Source of the DNA: Alloprevotella sp.
Lineage (GTDB): Bacteria > Bacteroidota > Bacteroidia > Bacteroidales > Muribaculaceae
DNA: 64,000 nucleotides
Reading direction: 5' to 3'
Assembly (NCBI GenBank): GCA_023663135.1
Contig: JAMPIE010000006.1
Coordinates: 34,170 to 98,169 of the forward strand
The position numbers and the translations under genes are program-made. Below, one piece after another: positions 1 to 8,082 of the stretch (positions are counted from its first letter, which is position 1; every line of letters begins with the position of its first letter). The notes under the pieces were generated by a model that was not told the DNA's origin, did no database searches, and saw only the letters and a program-made list of their open reading frames with translations.

Positions 1-30
1 TTTTTGCGATTACTAAATGGAATAATGCTG

Positions 31-69
31 CCGACGCCGCTCCAAATTGTAGGGTGGGAGCGGCGTCGG
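31..69 (-). terminator. Stem-loop downstream of rpmH, likely intrinsic terminator
   Basis: Perfect 13-bp inverted repeat CCGACGCCGCTCC / GGAGCGGCGTCGG just after the rpmH stop; the U-tract is weak. Confidence 0.6.
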
Positions 70-107
70 GTGTGGGTGTCCATGTAGGGAAGAGTGGCCG
101 GGGTGGC

Positions 108-263
108 TTACTTCGAGGCGATGCTGTCGCTCACTGTAAGACGCAGACGACCCTTCGCGCGGCGACGTGCAAGCACTTTGCGGCCTTCCGGAGTAGACAT
201 TCTCTCGCGGAATCCATGTTTGTTAACTCGCTTTCTGTTAGAGGGTTGAAATGTACGTTTCAT
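108..263 (-). CDS. rpmH: 50S ribosomal protein L34 (51 aa, absent from the ORF track)
   Basis: Hand translation [51 protein letters not shown] matches the L34 signature; ATG at 263, TAA at 108-110. Confidence 0.97.
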   Translation of the reverse strand: MKRTFQPSNRKRVNKHGFRERMSTPEGRKVLARRRAKGRLRLTVSDSIASK

Positions 264-331
264 TGCCGTTTATCTAATTGATGTATATTCTGTAAGGGTT
301 GTATAGCCTGTTGACTGAGGCTTTCGGGGTG

Positions 332-339
332 CAAAGTTA
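332..339 (-). promoter_or_regulatory. Bacteroidetes sigmaA -7 box for rpmH
   Basis: TAACTTTG on the minus strand (consensus TAnnTTTG). Confidence 0.75.
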
Positions 340-571
340 TTGATTTGTTCTTATTTGCGCAAAATATTTTGACTTTTTTTGCGCGAGTCGGCGGATGAGC
401 GATGGATAAGCGTGTAGTGGTGGGGGTGGAGTCTCGTGCCTCTATCCTCTTGTCGAGCCGCAGTCAGATTGAATATGTGAGGAGCTTTTGTCGGTGTGAG
501 CCACGCTCAAGATGGTAATATCTCGCGTCGGTCAGGCGGTGATTTTTGCTTACGATTACTGATTATATGAA

Positions 572-1267
572 TCAGTCGGCCATGACGGAGTGGGATGCGG
601 CATCGGAGGTTGTCCTTGGTTCAGGGATGAATGCTTGATATGAATTGTCGGAATAGTAGACAATGATATTGACCACTCTCTTGCCTGGGTCGATTGGCAC
701 TGCTGCCGGCGGCTGGCTGCCGACTGTGGCTTGCGACGTGGCGGCTTCTCCTTTGTCGCGGAAGGCCCTACCCGGAGCGGAGCTGCGCGGAGAAGGAGTG
801 GCTCCATACATGTTAAGCGTTGGATCTTGGCTGGAGTTAGGGCGACATCCATATGGCGCATAAGGTTCAAAGTCTGACACGATGTTCGTCTCATGGTCAA
901 TATCCGGGTTAGAAAAATTATCTGAGGCATATTTCGTGTCGGCTTCAAAGTTTAACACTGAGCCATTAATCGCCTTGTCATCATAGTTTTGTGTGCCAAG
1001 ACTCACGCTAAACCCCGGTTTTTTGGCTTCCGTGGCGGCGATATTTTCTGTTGCGAGCATATCGCCCTGCCCAAACATTAGCCACATCACGTTGAGGTCG
1101 GGGAATGCGTCATGGAGCTTTGTGATGAGCTCATTGCTCACCTTTTTGTTTCGGCCGCTAAGGAGTTGCGACATGGTGGGGCGGGGGATACCGCATGCGT
1201 CGGCAAATTGTGTCACGGGCATTGCCGTGTGCTCAATATATTTTTTTAGTCTTGTGACGAGGTCCAT
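572..1267 (-). CDS. XRE/Cro-C1 family helix-turn-helix transcriptional regulator
   Basis: N-terminal HTH (TQFADACGIPRPTMSQLLSGRNK...NVMWLMFGQG), low-complexity linker, C-terminal IIVYYSDNSY motif. Start moved to ATG 1267; TACATTTG -7 box at 1298-1305. Confidence 0.85.
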   Translation of the reverse strand: MDLVTRLKKYIEHTAMPVTQFADACGIPRPTMSQLLSGRNKKVSNELITKLHDAFPDLNVMWLMFGQGDMLATENIAATEAKKPGFSVSLGTQNYDDKAINGSVLNFEADTKYASDNFSNPDIDHETNIVSDFEPYAPYGCRPNSSQDPTLNMYGATPSPRSSAPGRAFRDKGEAATSQATVGSQPPAAVPIDPGKRVVNIIVYYSDNSYQAFIPEPRTTSDAASHSVMAD

Positions 1268-1287
1268 AATGGGTGTTGCGGGGTCTA

Positions 1288-1874
1288 TTTGCGGATGCAA
1301 ATGTATGCGTTTTTCTTTGGATATGCAAACTTTTACTTCTGCAAACTTGATTTTACAAAATCAATCCAGTTCCTATAACGTAAATTTGCGTTTGATGGAC
1401 GATTTGATCCGTTAACATTTGCATCGTTGCCTGTGGGTGAATGGCCTTTGTTTGGCGTGACTTCGCAGTGCTTGAGTGATGCGTTAGGATTATATAGCTA
1501 CTTTATTTGATGTTCAACTGTTTCTGCGCATATATTATGTCTAAATGGGCAGAATTGTGAATATCTCATCCAAAATATTAAACTTTCTGTTGGTTTATTT
1601 TTGTCTATGGCCTGAGAATTAGCAATTTGTCGACAAAGTAAAGAAATGTTAATGGTGTAAGGTTATCCATAATTTTCACTTTTGAATTTAGGATTTACAT
1701 ATGCATAGATGATAACTCTAACCCCGAAAGTAGGCGCAAATTGCAAATTACACATGTTATTTGCGTCTGTAATCTCGATAGCTATGCAAATTTGTTGGTT
1801 TTTGCGTTTGCATTGGGGAATAATGTTATGCGATTGTGAATTTGTGTTTCTTGTTGCAGATATATGGTGTTTGC
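1288..1874. promoter_or_regulatory. AT-rich divergent control region with clustered TTTGC/GCAAA half-sites
   Basis: 13 copies counted by hand in two clusters (1288-1422 and 1736-1874), including dyads at 1288-1301 and 1743-1764; -7 boxes at 1298-1305 (-) and 1381-1388 (+). Confidence 0.5.
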
Positions 1875-1985
1875 AATAGTCAATCGCTTGCTTCATAACA
1901 ACATATTAAAATAGCTCTTTTCCTTACAACACTATTCCTTCTCATATAGATTTGATTATTAATCTTTTTAACATTTATTTTAGCT

Positions 1986-2289
1986 ATGCTATATTTTTTT
2001 TGATCAGGTTATCCACTACTTTAAGCAAGCCCTCGCCTACGCCCGTCTCGAAGGCTACGTCATTGCCGAAGCCGCCGTCAAATCTCCTTGGCAATGGCTC
2101 ACCGGCCCCGACCCAACCCGGGCCACTGACCACTACCACAAACCCATCGACACCGCTCGCCCCTGGTACAAACAGCTCCCCCACCTCCTCAAAAGCCTCC
2201 TTACCACCCCGCGCCGCTACGCCCGAGCCCACCCCATCCCACAGACCCACCACTCCGACCCAACCCTCCACTACCACGACTTCCTCTAA
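1986..2289 (+). pseudogene. Cryptic ORF of about 100 aa interrupted by a frameshift in a T8 tract
   Basis: ATG 1986 gives MLYFF then a stop. Frame 1 is open from 1984 to TAA 2287-2289 (DQVIHYFKQALAYARLEGYVIAEAAVKSPWQWL...HYHDFL) with C-ending codons like host genes. Removing one T from 1994-2001 joins the two. Confidence 0.5.
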
Positions 2290-2292
2290 CAC

Positions 2293-2327
2293 CGAGGGGC
2301 GATAGACCACCAATCTATCGCCCCTCG
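2293..2327. terminator. Perfect 14-bp hairpin immediately after the cryptic ORF
   Basis: CGAGGGGCGATAGA-ccaccaa-TCTATCGCCCCTCG; no clear U-tract on either side. Confidence 0.5.
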
Positions 2328-2527
2328 AAGCTTGATAAAAACCGCTGCCGAAAACCAAGCAAAGGGGGGGGGAAATCCCTCCCGAAAAAGCGTCCGAAGA
2401 AACGCTTCGTTTTAGAAAAACATACGCTTCGTTTTTCCCACCCCCATCGCTCCGTTTTTAGGATTATAGATAGGCGGCACACTCAGGGTCGAGGCGGGTA
2501 TTTGCCGGATGCTTTTGGAAAGGAGGA

Positions 2528-4018
2528 TTATTTACTCCAGAAGCCTGGGGTGAAGAGTATAAGGACGGTGAAGAGCTCAAGACGCCCAACGAGCATCAGA
2601 AACGAAAGCACCCACTTGCCGAGCGCCGGGACAAGGTCATAGCCGCCTCCGTAGCCTGTAACGCCAGCCCCGAGCCCTATATTGCTAAGGCACGAAAATG
2701 CGCTGAAGAAAGAGTCGACAAGGGGCAGGCCACAAGCTGTAAGTGTTATTCCTCCAAAGGCAGTGATGATGACAAAGAGGCATAGGAAAGCTATGACCTT
2801 TGATACGATGTGAGGCGGGATGATACGGTCGTTGATCCGAACGCGCATCACGTCGTTGGGGTGAAGACCGAGGTAGAGTTCGTTGCGAAGGTTTTTGGTC
2901 AGGAATAGCATGCGGTCCATCTTAGCGCCGCCTGATGTGGAGCCGGCACATCCGCCGATAAACATCAGCATGAAGGTCAGGGCAAGGACAAATGGGCCCC
3001 ATGCTTCAAAGTTGCGCGCGGTGTATCCTGTGGATGTTATGGTGGAAACTATCTGGAATATGGGGTCGATGGTTACAGAGGCTATGCCCGTATATTGTCC
3101 TCGGACTATAATGGTGATGGTGAAGAGCAGGTAGCATACGACGATGGTCCAGATGTAGGCACGCAATACGTCGTTGCGCCACATGGCTTTAGGGAAGCCT
3201 GTGACAGCCTTGTAGATGAGAGCAAAGTTGACGCCGCCCAAAAACATAAACACTGTAAGGATTATCTCGGTGTAGTGGCTGTCCCAGTGTCCTATGGAGG
3301 CATCTTGGGTGGAGTAGCCTCCTGTGGAGATGGAGGTGAAGGTGTGGCAAAGTGCCTCGAAGGGGGTCATTGGGCCTATGATCAGGAGGATGAAGAGCAA
3401 TACGGAGAGTATGATATAGACTCCCCATAGGCGCGTGGCGGTCTGGGATATTCGAGGACGTATCTTGTCGTGGGTTATGCCTGTCACTTCAGCGTTAAAC
3501 ATTTGCATACCCCCGGAGGAGTTGAGCATCGGTATTACGGCGAGGGTGAATAGGATTATTCCCATGCCTCCGAGCCATTGAGTCAGGCATCGCCACATAG
3601 TGGCGGCGTGGGATGAGCCGGAGACGGAGGTGAGCACGGTGGCTCCGGTAGTGGTAAATCCGCTCATGGCTTCGAAGAAGCCGTCGGTGATTCCCAGTGG
3701 CTCTGTGTCTGAGAAGATGAATGGGAGCATGCCAAAGGCCGAGAATACTATCCATACGAGGGCTGTCAGAAGAAATCCCTCGCGCTTGGCCATCTCTGTC
3801 CGTCGTGGGCGGACTAAAATGGTGGCGCTGAGTCCGGCCGTGAGTGTGATGCCTATGGAGAGGAGAAATGCCCCGAGGTCTTTTTTGTCTGTGAGGAGCG
3901 ATGTGGCCAGGGGTACTGTCATGAAGGCTGCTTCAATGATGAGAAGCCATCCTATGATGCGCGCAATCTGGAGGTAGTTGATATGGCGCAGTGAGTGATG
4001 GTTGCGTCGGAAGCTCAT
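2528..4018 (-). CDS. trkH: Trk potassium uptake membrane subunit TrkH
   Basis: Multi-pass membrane protein with FFEAMSGFTTTGAT, GGMGII, STGG and GGCAGSTSGG motifs; coupled to trkA by an ATGA overlap. Confidence 0.95.
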   Translation of the reverse strand: MSFRRNHHSLRHINYLQIARIIGWLLIIEAAFMTVPLATSLLTDKKDLGAFLLSIGITLTAGLSATILVRPRRTEMAKREGFLLTALVWIVFSAFGMLPFIFSDTEPLGITDGFFEAMSGFTTTGATVLTSVSGSSHAATMWRCLTQWLGGMGIILFTLAVIPMLNSSGGMQMFNAEVTGITHDKIRPRISQTATRLWGVYIILSVLLFILLIIGPMTPFEALCHTFTSISTGGYSTQDASIGHWDSHYTEIILTVFMFLGGVNFALIYKAVTGFPKAMWRNDVLRAYIWTIVVCYLLFTITIIVRGQYTGIASVTIDPIFQIVSTITSTGYTARNFEAWGPFVLALTFMLMFIGGCAGSTSGGAKMDRMLFLTKNLRNELYLGLHPNDVMRVRINDRIIPPHIVSKVIAFLCLFVIITAFGGITLTACGLPLVDSFFSAFSCLSNIGLGAGVTGYGGGYDLVPALGKWVLSFLMLVGRLELFTVLILFTPGFWSK

Positions 4019-5349
4019 GTAAATAGACGTTCTATCTTGTGGATGGCTCCTGAGAGGCAGAAGACCACGACATGGTCACCGGGCCTTATGTGGGTGTCGC
4101 CTGTGACGAGCATTCCGTGTTCGTCTCTGATGAGGCCGGCTATTGTCATGTCGCGGTTGAGGGTGAGTTCTTTCACTGGGGCTCGAGTGATGCGTGACCC
4201 TGGACGAACCTCTATCTGGGCCACGTCGGCATCGGCCAAGGCCATAAATTTGGGTGTGTCGGCATCGGCCTCGAGCAGTATCTGGAAGATGCGTCCAGAG
4301 GCAAGCAGCTTTTTGTTGATGATGGTGCCCACGTTGAGGTTCTCAGCTTCGGCAATAAACTGTATGTTTTCCACTTCGGCCACAGTCTTGCACACTCCCA
4401 GCTCTTTGGCTGAGACTGATGCCAGTATGTTGGTCTCAGAGCTGTCGGTGAGGGCTATGAAGGCATCCATCTCTGAGATGCCCTCTTCGATGAGGAGGTC
4501 TATGTCGCGGGCATCGCCATGTATTATCTTGGCTTCGGGGCATCGCTCGGCCAGCCATTCACATCTCTCGCGGTCGCTCTCTATGATTTTAAAACGATAT
4601 TTGTCGCCGGCGAGCCGGCATAGCCTGACAGCTATGCGGCTGCCTCCCATGATTAGGCATTTGCGGACGGTGGCCGGCTTCTTGCCACATATCTCGCGGA
4701 TGGCATCTATGTGGCCAGAGGTGGTGGTGAAGTAGACTATGTCGCCTGAGTGTATGATGTCGTCGCCGCGAGGGATGATGGTCTCGTAGTTGCGCTTGAT
4801 GGCGCTTACGTGAAAGAAGCGGTGCTCGCGTCCAATGTTTTTCAGCGCCATGCCGTCAAGCTTTGCGTCGCTATGGATCTTCACGCCGACAACGGCCAGC
4901 TGTCCATCGTGGATCCCAAACCAATTGCGAGCCCAGGTGTACTCAAGGCTTGATATTATTTCTTGTGCGGCGAGATATTCGGGGTATATCAGGTGGTTGA
5001 CCCCCATGCGGGTGAAGAAATCGCGGTTGGCTCGCAACATATATTCATAGTTGTCGATTCGGGCTACGGTGCGTTTAGCGCCAAGGCTTTTGGCGATGGC
5101 GCAGGCGGTAAGGTTGTTGGTTTCAAAGGGAGTAACGGCAATGAAGAGGTCGGTCTCTGAGGCTCCCCCTTCACTTATGGCTTCAAAGGAGGTGGGTTTT
5201 CCGCGTAGTGTGAGCAGGTTGTAGTTGGCGTCGAGGTTAGCCAGTCGGTCGGTATCGGTGTCAATAATCGTTACATCTTGCTCTTCTTTGGAGAGGAGTT
5301 TGGCAAGGTGTGAGCCTACTTCGCCGGCTCCCGCTATAAGGATTTTCAT
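4015..5349 (-). CDS. trkA: Trk potassium uptake NAD-binding subunit TrkA
   Basis: MKILIAGAGEVG Rossmann start and duplicated RCK_N/RCK_C domains. Confidence 0.96.
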   Translation of the reverse strand: MKILIAGAGEVGSHLAKLLSKEEQDVTIIDTDTDRLANLDANYNLLTLRGKPTSFEAISEGGASETDLFIAVTPFETNNLTACAIAKSLGAKRTVARIDNYEYMLRANRDFFTRMGVNHLIYPEYLAAQEIISSLEYTWARNWFGIHDGQLAVVGVKIHSDAKLDGMALKNIGREHRFFHVSAIKRNYETIIPRGDDIIHSGDIVYFTTTSGHIDAIREICGKKPATVRKCLIMGGSRIAVRLCRLAGDKYRFKIIESDRERCEWLAERCPEAKIIHGDARDIDLLIEEGISEMDAFIALTDSSETNILASVSAKELGVCKTVAEVENIQFIAEAENLNVGTIINKKLLASGRIFQILLEADADTPKFMALADADVAQIEVRPGSRITRAPVKELTLNRDMTIAGLIRDEHGMLVTGDTHIRPGDHVVVFCLSGAIHKIERLFT

Positions 5350-7295
5350 GTGTGTGTGTGCTTGGCTGTCTCGATTATGGTTTTAAGAATAGAGGGGGCA
5401 TCGATGCCGCAAAGGGAGCGCAACTGGCTTACTGTTCCGTGGCCGACAAAGCTCTGAGGGATGCCCAGGCGTCTGACCGGGAGTAAGTGGCCGTGGTCAG
5501 ATAGCCATTCTGTCACTGCCGAGCCAAATCCGCCGTTGCGTATGCCGTCTTCTACGGTTATGATTGGCTTGCCGCGGTGGGCTATTTCTTCCATTGTTTT
5601 GTCGTCGAGGGGCGAGATGAATAGCATATCATAGTGTGCTACCTCTATTCCCTCTTTAGCGGCCTCTGTTATGGCTTTCATGGCTTCTGATGCGATGGGG
5701 CCTACGGTGAGCATTGTCACGTCGTCGCCGTTGCGTAGGAGGGTGGGGGAGAGGCCGGGCTTGTCTGAGGGTGTCTCGACCAGAGCGCTTCCGCGGGGAT
5801 AGCGTATGGCCATGGGGCCTCGGCGTCCGGGTGAGATAGCGCTTCTCATCAGTGCCTTGAGCTGAGAGTCGGTGCGTGGGGCAGCAAGGGTGATGCCGGG
5901 TATGTTGCGCAAGTATGCGATGTCAAAGATGCCGTGGTGGGTCACTCCATCTTCTCCCACCAGCCCGGCTCGGTCTATGCAGAAGGTTACTGGCAAGCCC
6001 ATTATGGCCACGTCGTGTATTATATGGTCGTAGGCGCGTTGGAGAAAGGAGGAGTAGATGGCCACGAAGGGGAGGAGGCCTTCTTTGGCAAGACCTCCTG
6101 CAAAGGTCACGGCGTGGCCTTCAGATATCCCTACGTCAAATGTACGCTCGGGGTATTCCCGTTGCATAATGTTGACTGAGGTTCCCGACGACATGGCGGC
6201 TGTAATGGCTGTCACTCGGGAATCTTCTTTTGCAAGTTCGGTAAGGGTATGGCCAAATATCTCTTGCCATTTCGGGGCGGTGGCGGAGCTCTTAATCTTT
6301 TTGCCGGTGGCGGGATTGAAGAGGCCGGGGGCGTGCCATGCCGAGGGGTCTTTTTCTGCGGGCGCGTAGCCGCATCCTTTGATCGTGCGCAGGTGAAGCA
6401 GTCTAGGCCCGCGCATATCGCGGATGTCAGTCAAGACGCGTATTATTCGGCGCAGGTCGTGACCGTCAAAGGGTCCGAAGTATCGAATGTTGAGGCCTTC
6501 AAATATGTTTTGCTCTTTTGTGAGCATGCTCTTTAGGGAGTTGTTGAAGCGTAGTATGCGACCTCTGTTGTCGGGGCTTATGAGATGGAGTCGCTGCAGT
6601 CCACGGTAGACATTGTAGCGCAGGGTGTTATAGCTCTTTGATGTGTTGATGTGAGCCAGGTAGGAGTTGAGCGACCCCACGTTGGGATCGATCGACATGT
6701 CGTTGTCATTGAGTATGATCAGCAGGTTGTCGGCCGAGTCGGCTGCGTTGTTTAGACCTTCGAAGGCTAATCCGCCGCCGATGGAAGCGTCGCCTATGAC
6801 TGCCACAACGTTGCGTCTCTTCCCTCCTTTTCCTTCTTCTTTGAGCCTTGATGCGGCGGCCATGCCTAATGCTGCGCTAACTGAGTTGGAGGCGTGCCCG
6901 GCGGTAAAGGTGTCGTAGATGCTCTCGCTGGGGTTAGGGAAACCGCTTAGGCCTCCAAGCTGTCTATTGGTGTAGAAGAGTGGAGCTCGCCCTGTAAGAA
7001 GCTTGTGACCATAGGCTTGGTGACCAACGTCCCACACTATTCTGTCTTCTGGTGTGTCAAATACATAGTGGAGGGCTACGGTGAGCTCCACTGCTCCCAT
7101 TGATGATGCGAAATGGCCGGGATTGACGCTTACTGACTCCACAATGAAGCTGCGGATCTCTCGGCATAGTGTCTCCATCTCTTCGATGCTCATCTGTCGC
7201 AGATCTGCCGGCGACTCTACTTTGCTTAGGGTTGGATAGCGCGTAGGGTCGAGCGGATGTGGTGGAATGTTTTCAATCGGTTGTTGCTCAGTCAT
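5346..7295 (-). CDS. dxs: 1-deoxy-D-xylulose-5-phosphate synthase
   Basis: GHFASSMGAVELT, WDVGHQAY, GDASIGGG...NDN TPP motif, DVGISEGHAV and DRAGLVGEDG. Start placed at ATG 7295. Confidence 0.96.
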   Translation of the reverse strand: MTEQQPIENIPPHPLDPTRYPTLSKVESPADLRQMSIEEMETLCREIRSFIVESVSVNPGHFASSMGAVELTVALHYVFDTPEDRIVWDVGHQAYGHKLLTGRAPLFYTNRQLGGLSGFPNPSESIYDTFTAGHASNSVSAALGMAAASRLKEEGKGGKRRNVVAVIGDASIGGGLAFEGLNNAADSADNLLIILNDNDMSIDPNVGSLNSYLAHINTSKSYNTLRYNVYRGLQRLHLISPDNRGRILRFNNSLKSMLTKEQNIFEGLNIRYFGPFDGHDLRRIIRVLTDIRDMRGPRLLHLRTIKGCGYAPAEKDPSAWHAPGLFNPATGKKIKSSATAPKWQEIFGHTLTELAKEDSRVTAITAAMSSGTSVNIMQREYPERTFDVGISEGHAVTFAGGLAKEGLLPFVAIYSSFLQRAYDHIIHDVAIMGLPVTFCIDRAGLVGEDGVTHHGIFDIAYLRNIPGITLAAPRTDSQLKALMRSAISPGRRGPMAIRYPRGSALVETPSDKPGLSPTLLRNGDDVTMLTVGPIASEAMKAITEAAKEGIEVAHYDMLFISPLDDKTMEEIAHRGKPIITVEDGIRNGGFGSAVTEWLSDHGHLLPVRRLGIPQSFVGHGTVSQLRSLCGIDAPSILKTIIETAKHTHT

Positions 7296-7476
7296 CTGTT
7301 GATTGGCGTCGGTTTCTGATATACTTTTTCCATAGCGGCACAAATACTATTATGCCTGATGCAATTATGGTAAAGGCCACCATAAATGTAAATGGCTGTC
7401 GGGCAACCATCAGGTAGCATAGCGCGAGCCATAGGGCGGCAATGCATGCCGCCCTGATTTTTTCAGAGCCGTTCAT
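7288..7476 (-). CDS. Small two-helix membrane protein (62 aa)
   Basis: Two hydrophobic segments and a basic tail; stop overlaps the dxs start (ATGACTGA); TAACTTTG box at 7482-7489 directly before the ATG. Confidence 0.7.
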   Translation of the reverse strand: MNGSEKIRAACIAALWLALCYLMVARQPFTFMVAFTIIASGIIVFVPLWKKYIRNRRQSTDD

Positions 7477-7513
7477 GACTGCAAAGTTACAACTTTTTTT
7501 TCTTCCTCATGAC

Positions 7514-7706
7514 AAAAAGCGCCGGGGTGATGTCTCGGCGACATCATCCCGGCTTGTGGGTTGTTCATCTAATTACACTGTATCCTTTTTTCACTGCGCC
7601 TTTTCTTGGCGATAGATTATATGTATAGTGATAGATTGATTTGATTGGCTTTATTATCTAAGCGAGGAGCGCAATCGTCGGGCCGATTTTGCTTTCTTCC
7701 CCAATT
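7514..7706 (-). ncRNA. Candidate small RNA (about 190 nt)
   Basis: TATCTTTG -7 box at 7713-7720, 5' stem GCGCAAT/ATTGCGC, A-rich middle, strong terminator at 7521-7553 with U-tract, no convincing ORF. Confidence 0.45.
7521..7553 (-). terminator. Intrinsic terminator
   Basis: GCCGGGATGATGTC-gccga-GACATCACCCCGGC followed by GCTTTTTG on the minus strand. Confidence 0.8.
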
Positions 7707-7837
7707 GCGCTGCAAAGATAATATGCTGATGTGACGCTGGCGTTAACGTCGTGTTACAATGTAGTTACGATAGCGCTTTTGCTCAATTTTTAACATTTTC
7801 CTGCTCCTACGGGTAACGAGACTGCTTGACACCGGAA

Positions 7838-7869
7838 TTTGTAGGTTTGCTGAAAATGTATTAACTTTG
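7838..7869 (+). promoter_or_regulatory. Consensus Bacteroidetes sigmaA promoter
   Basis: TTTG (7838-7841), 20-nt spacer, TAACTTTG (7862-7869). Confidence 0.8.
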
Positions 7870-7874
7870 CAATA

Positions 7875-8034
7875 CCCCAAAAGAAGATGACGGAGAGCTT
7901 TTACACTGCTCTTCGCTCATCAAAGGATTAAGGGGCATCGAGCCCCTCAATCCTTTACCCCAAAAGAGGAATCAGGCTCGCATTGACTGCTCTTCCTTGA
8001 CGATAAAACACCTTCTGCCGGTCTGAAATTGGGG
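7875..8034 (+). ncRNA. Probable 6S RNA (Bacteroidales-type)
   Basis: 160 nt after a consensus promoter; ends pair (CCCCAA/TTGGGG); apical stem AAAGGATT-AAGGGGC...GCCCCTC-AATCCTTT (7922-7956); large central bubble with a 3'-side hairpin. This matches 6S architecture. Confidence 0.55.
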
Positions 8035-8082
8035 AGTACTATAGTTGCCCTGATGATTTTGGTGCGGGACTTCAGGAAAAAA

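Noticed and set aside
1525-1546. dif-like string TGCGCATA-TA-TTATGTCTAAAT
   Set aside because: The spacer is too short and the XerD arm has an insertion; a properly spaced site exists at 33977-34004.
1663-1896. 77-aa minus-strand ORF in the AT-rich region
   Set aside because: No recognisable motif or host-like codon bias; overlaps the motif cluster. Not excluded, but unsupported.
1663-2017. Possible oriC (AT-rich DNA with TTATCCATA at 1663 and TTATCCACT at 2009)
   Set aside because: Only two imperfect DnaA boxes, and dif is 32 kb away.
1952-2358. ORF-track entries 1952..2305 (+) and 1984..2358 (-)
   Set aside because: Pro/Thr-rich and Gly/Val-rich translations are what off-frame and antisense reading of the C-ending frame-1 ORF would produce.
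2401-2436. ACGCTTCGTTTT twice, resembling Bacteroides invertible-promoter repeats
   Set aside because: The copies are direct, not inverted, and enclose no promoter; one overlaps a likely trk terminator hairpin.
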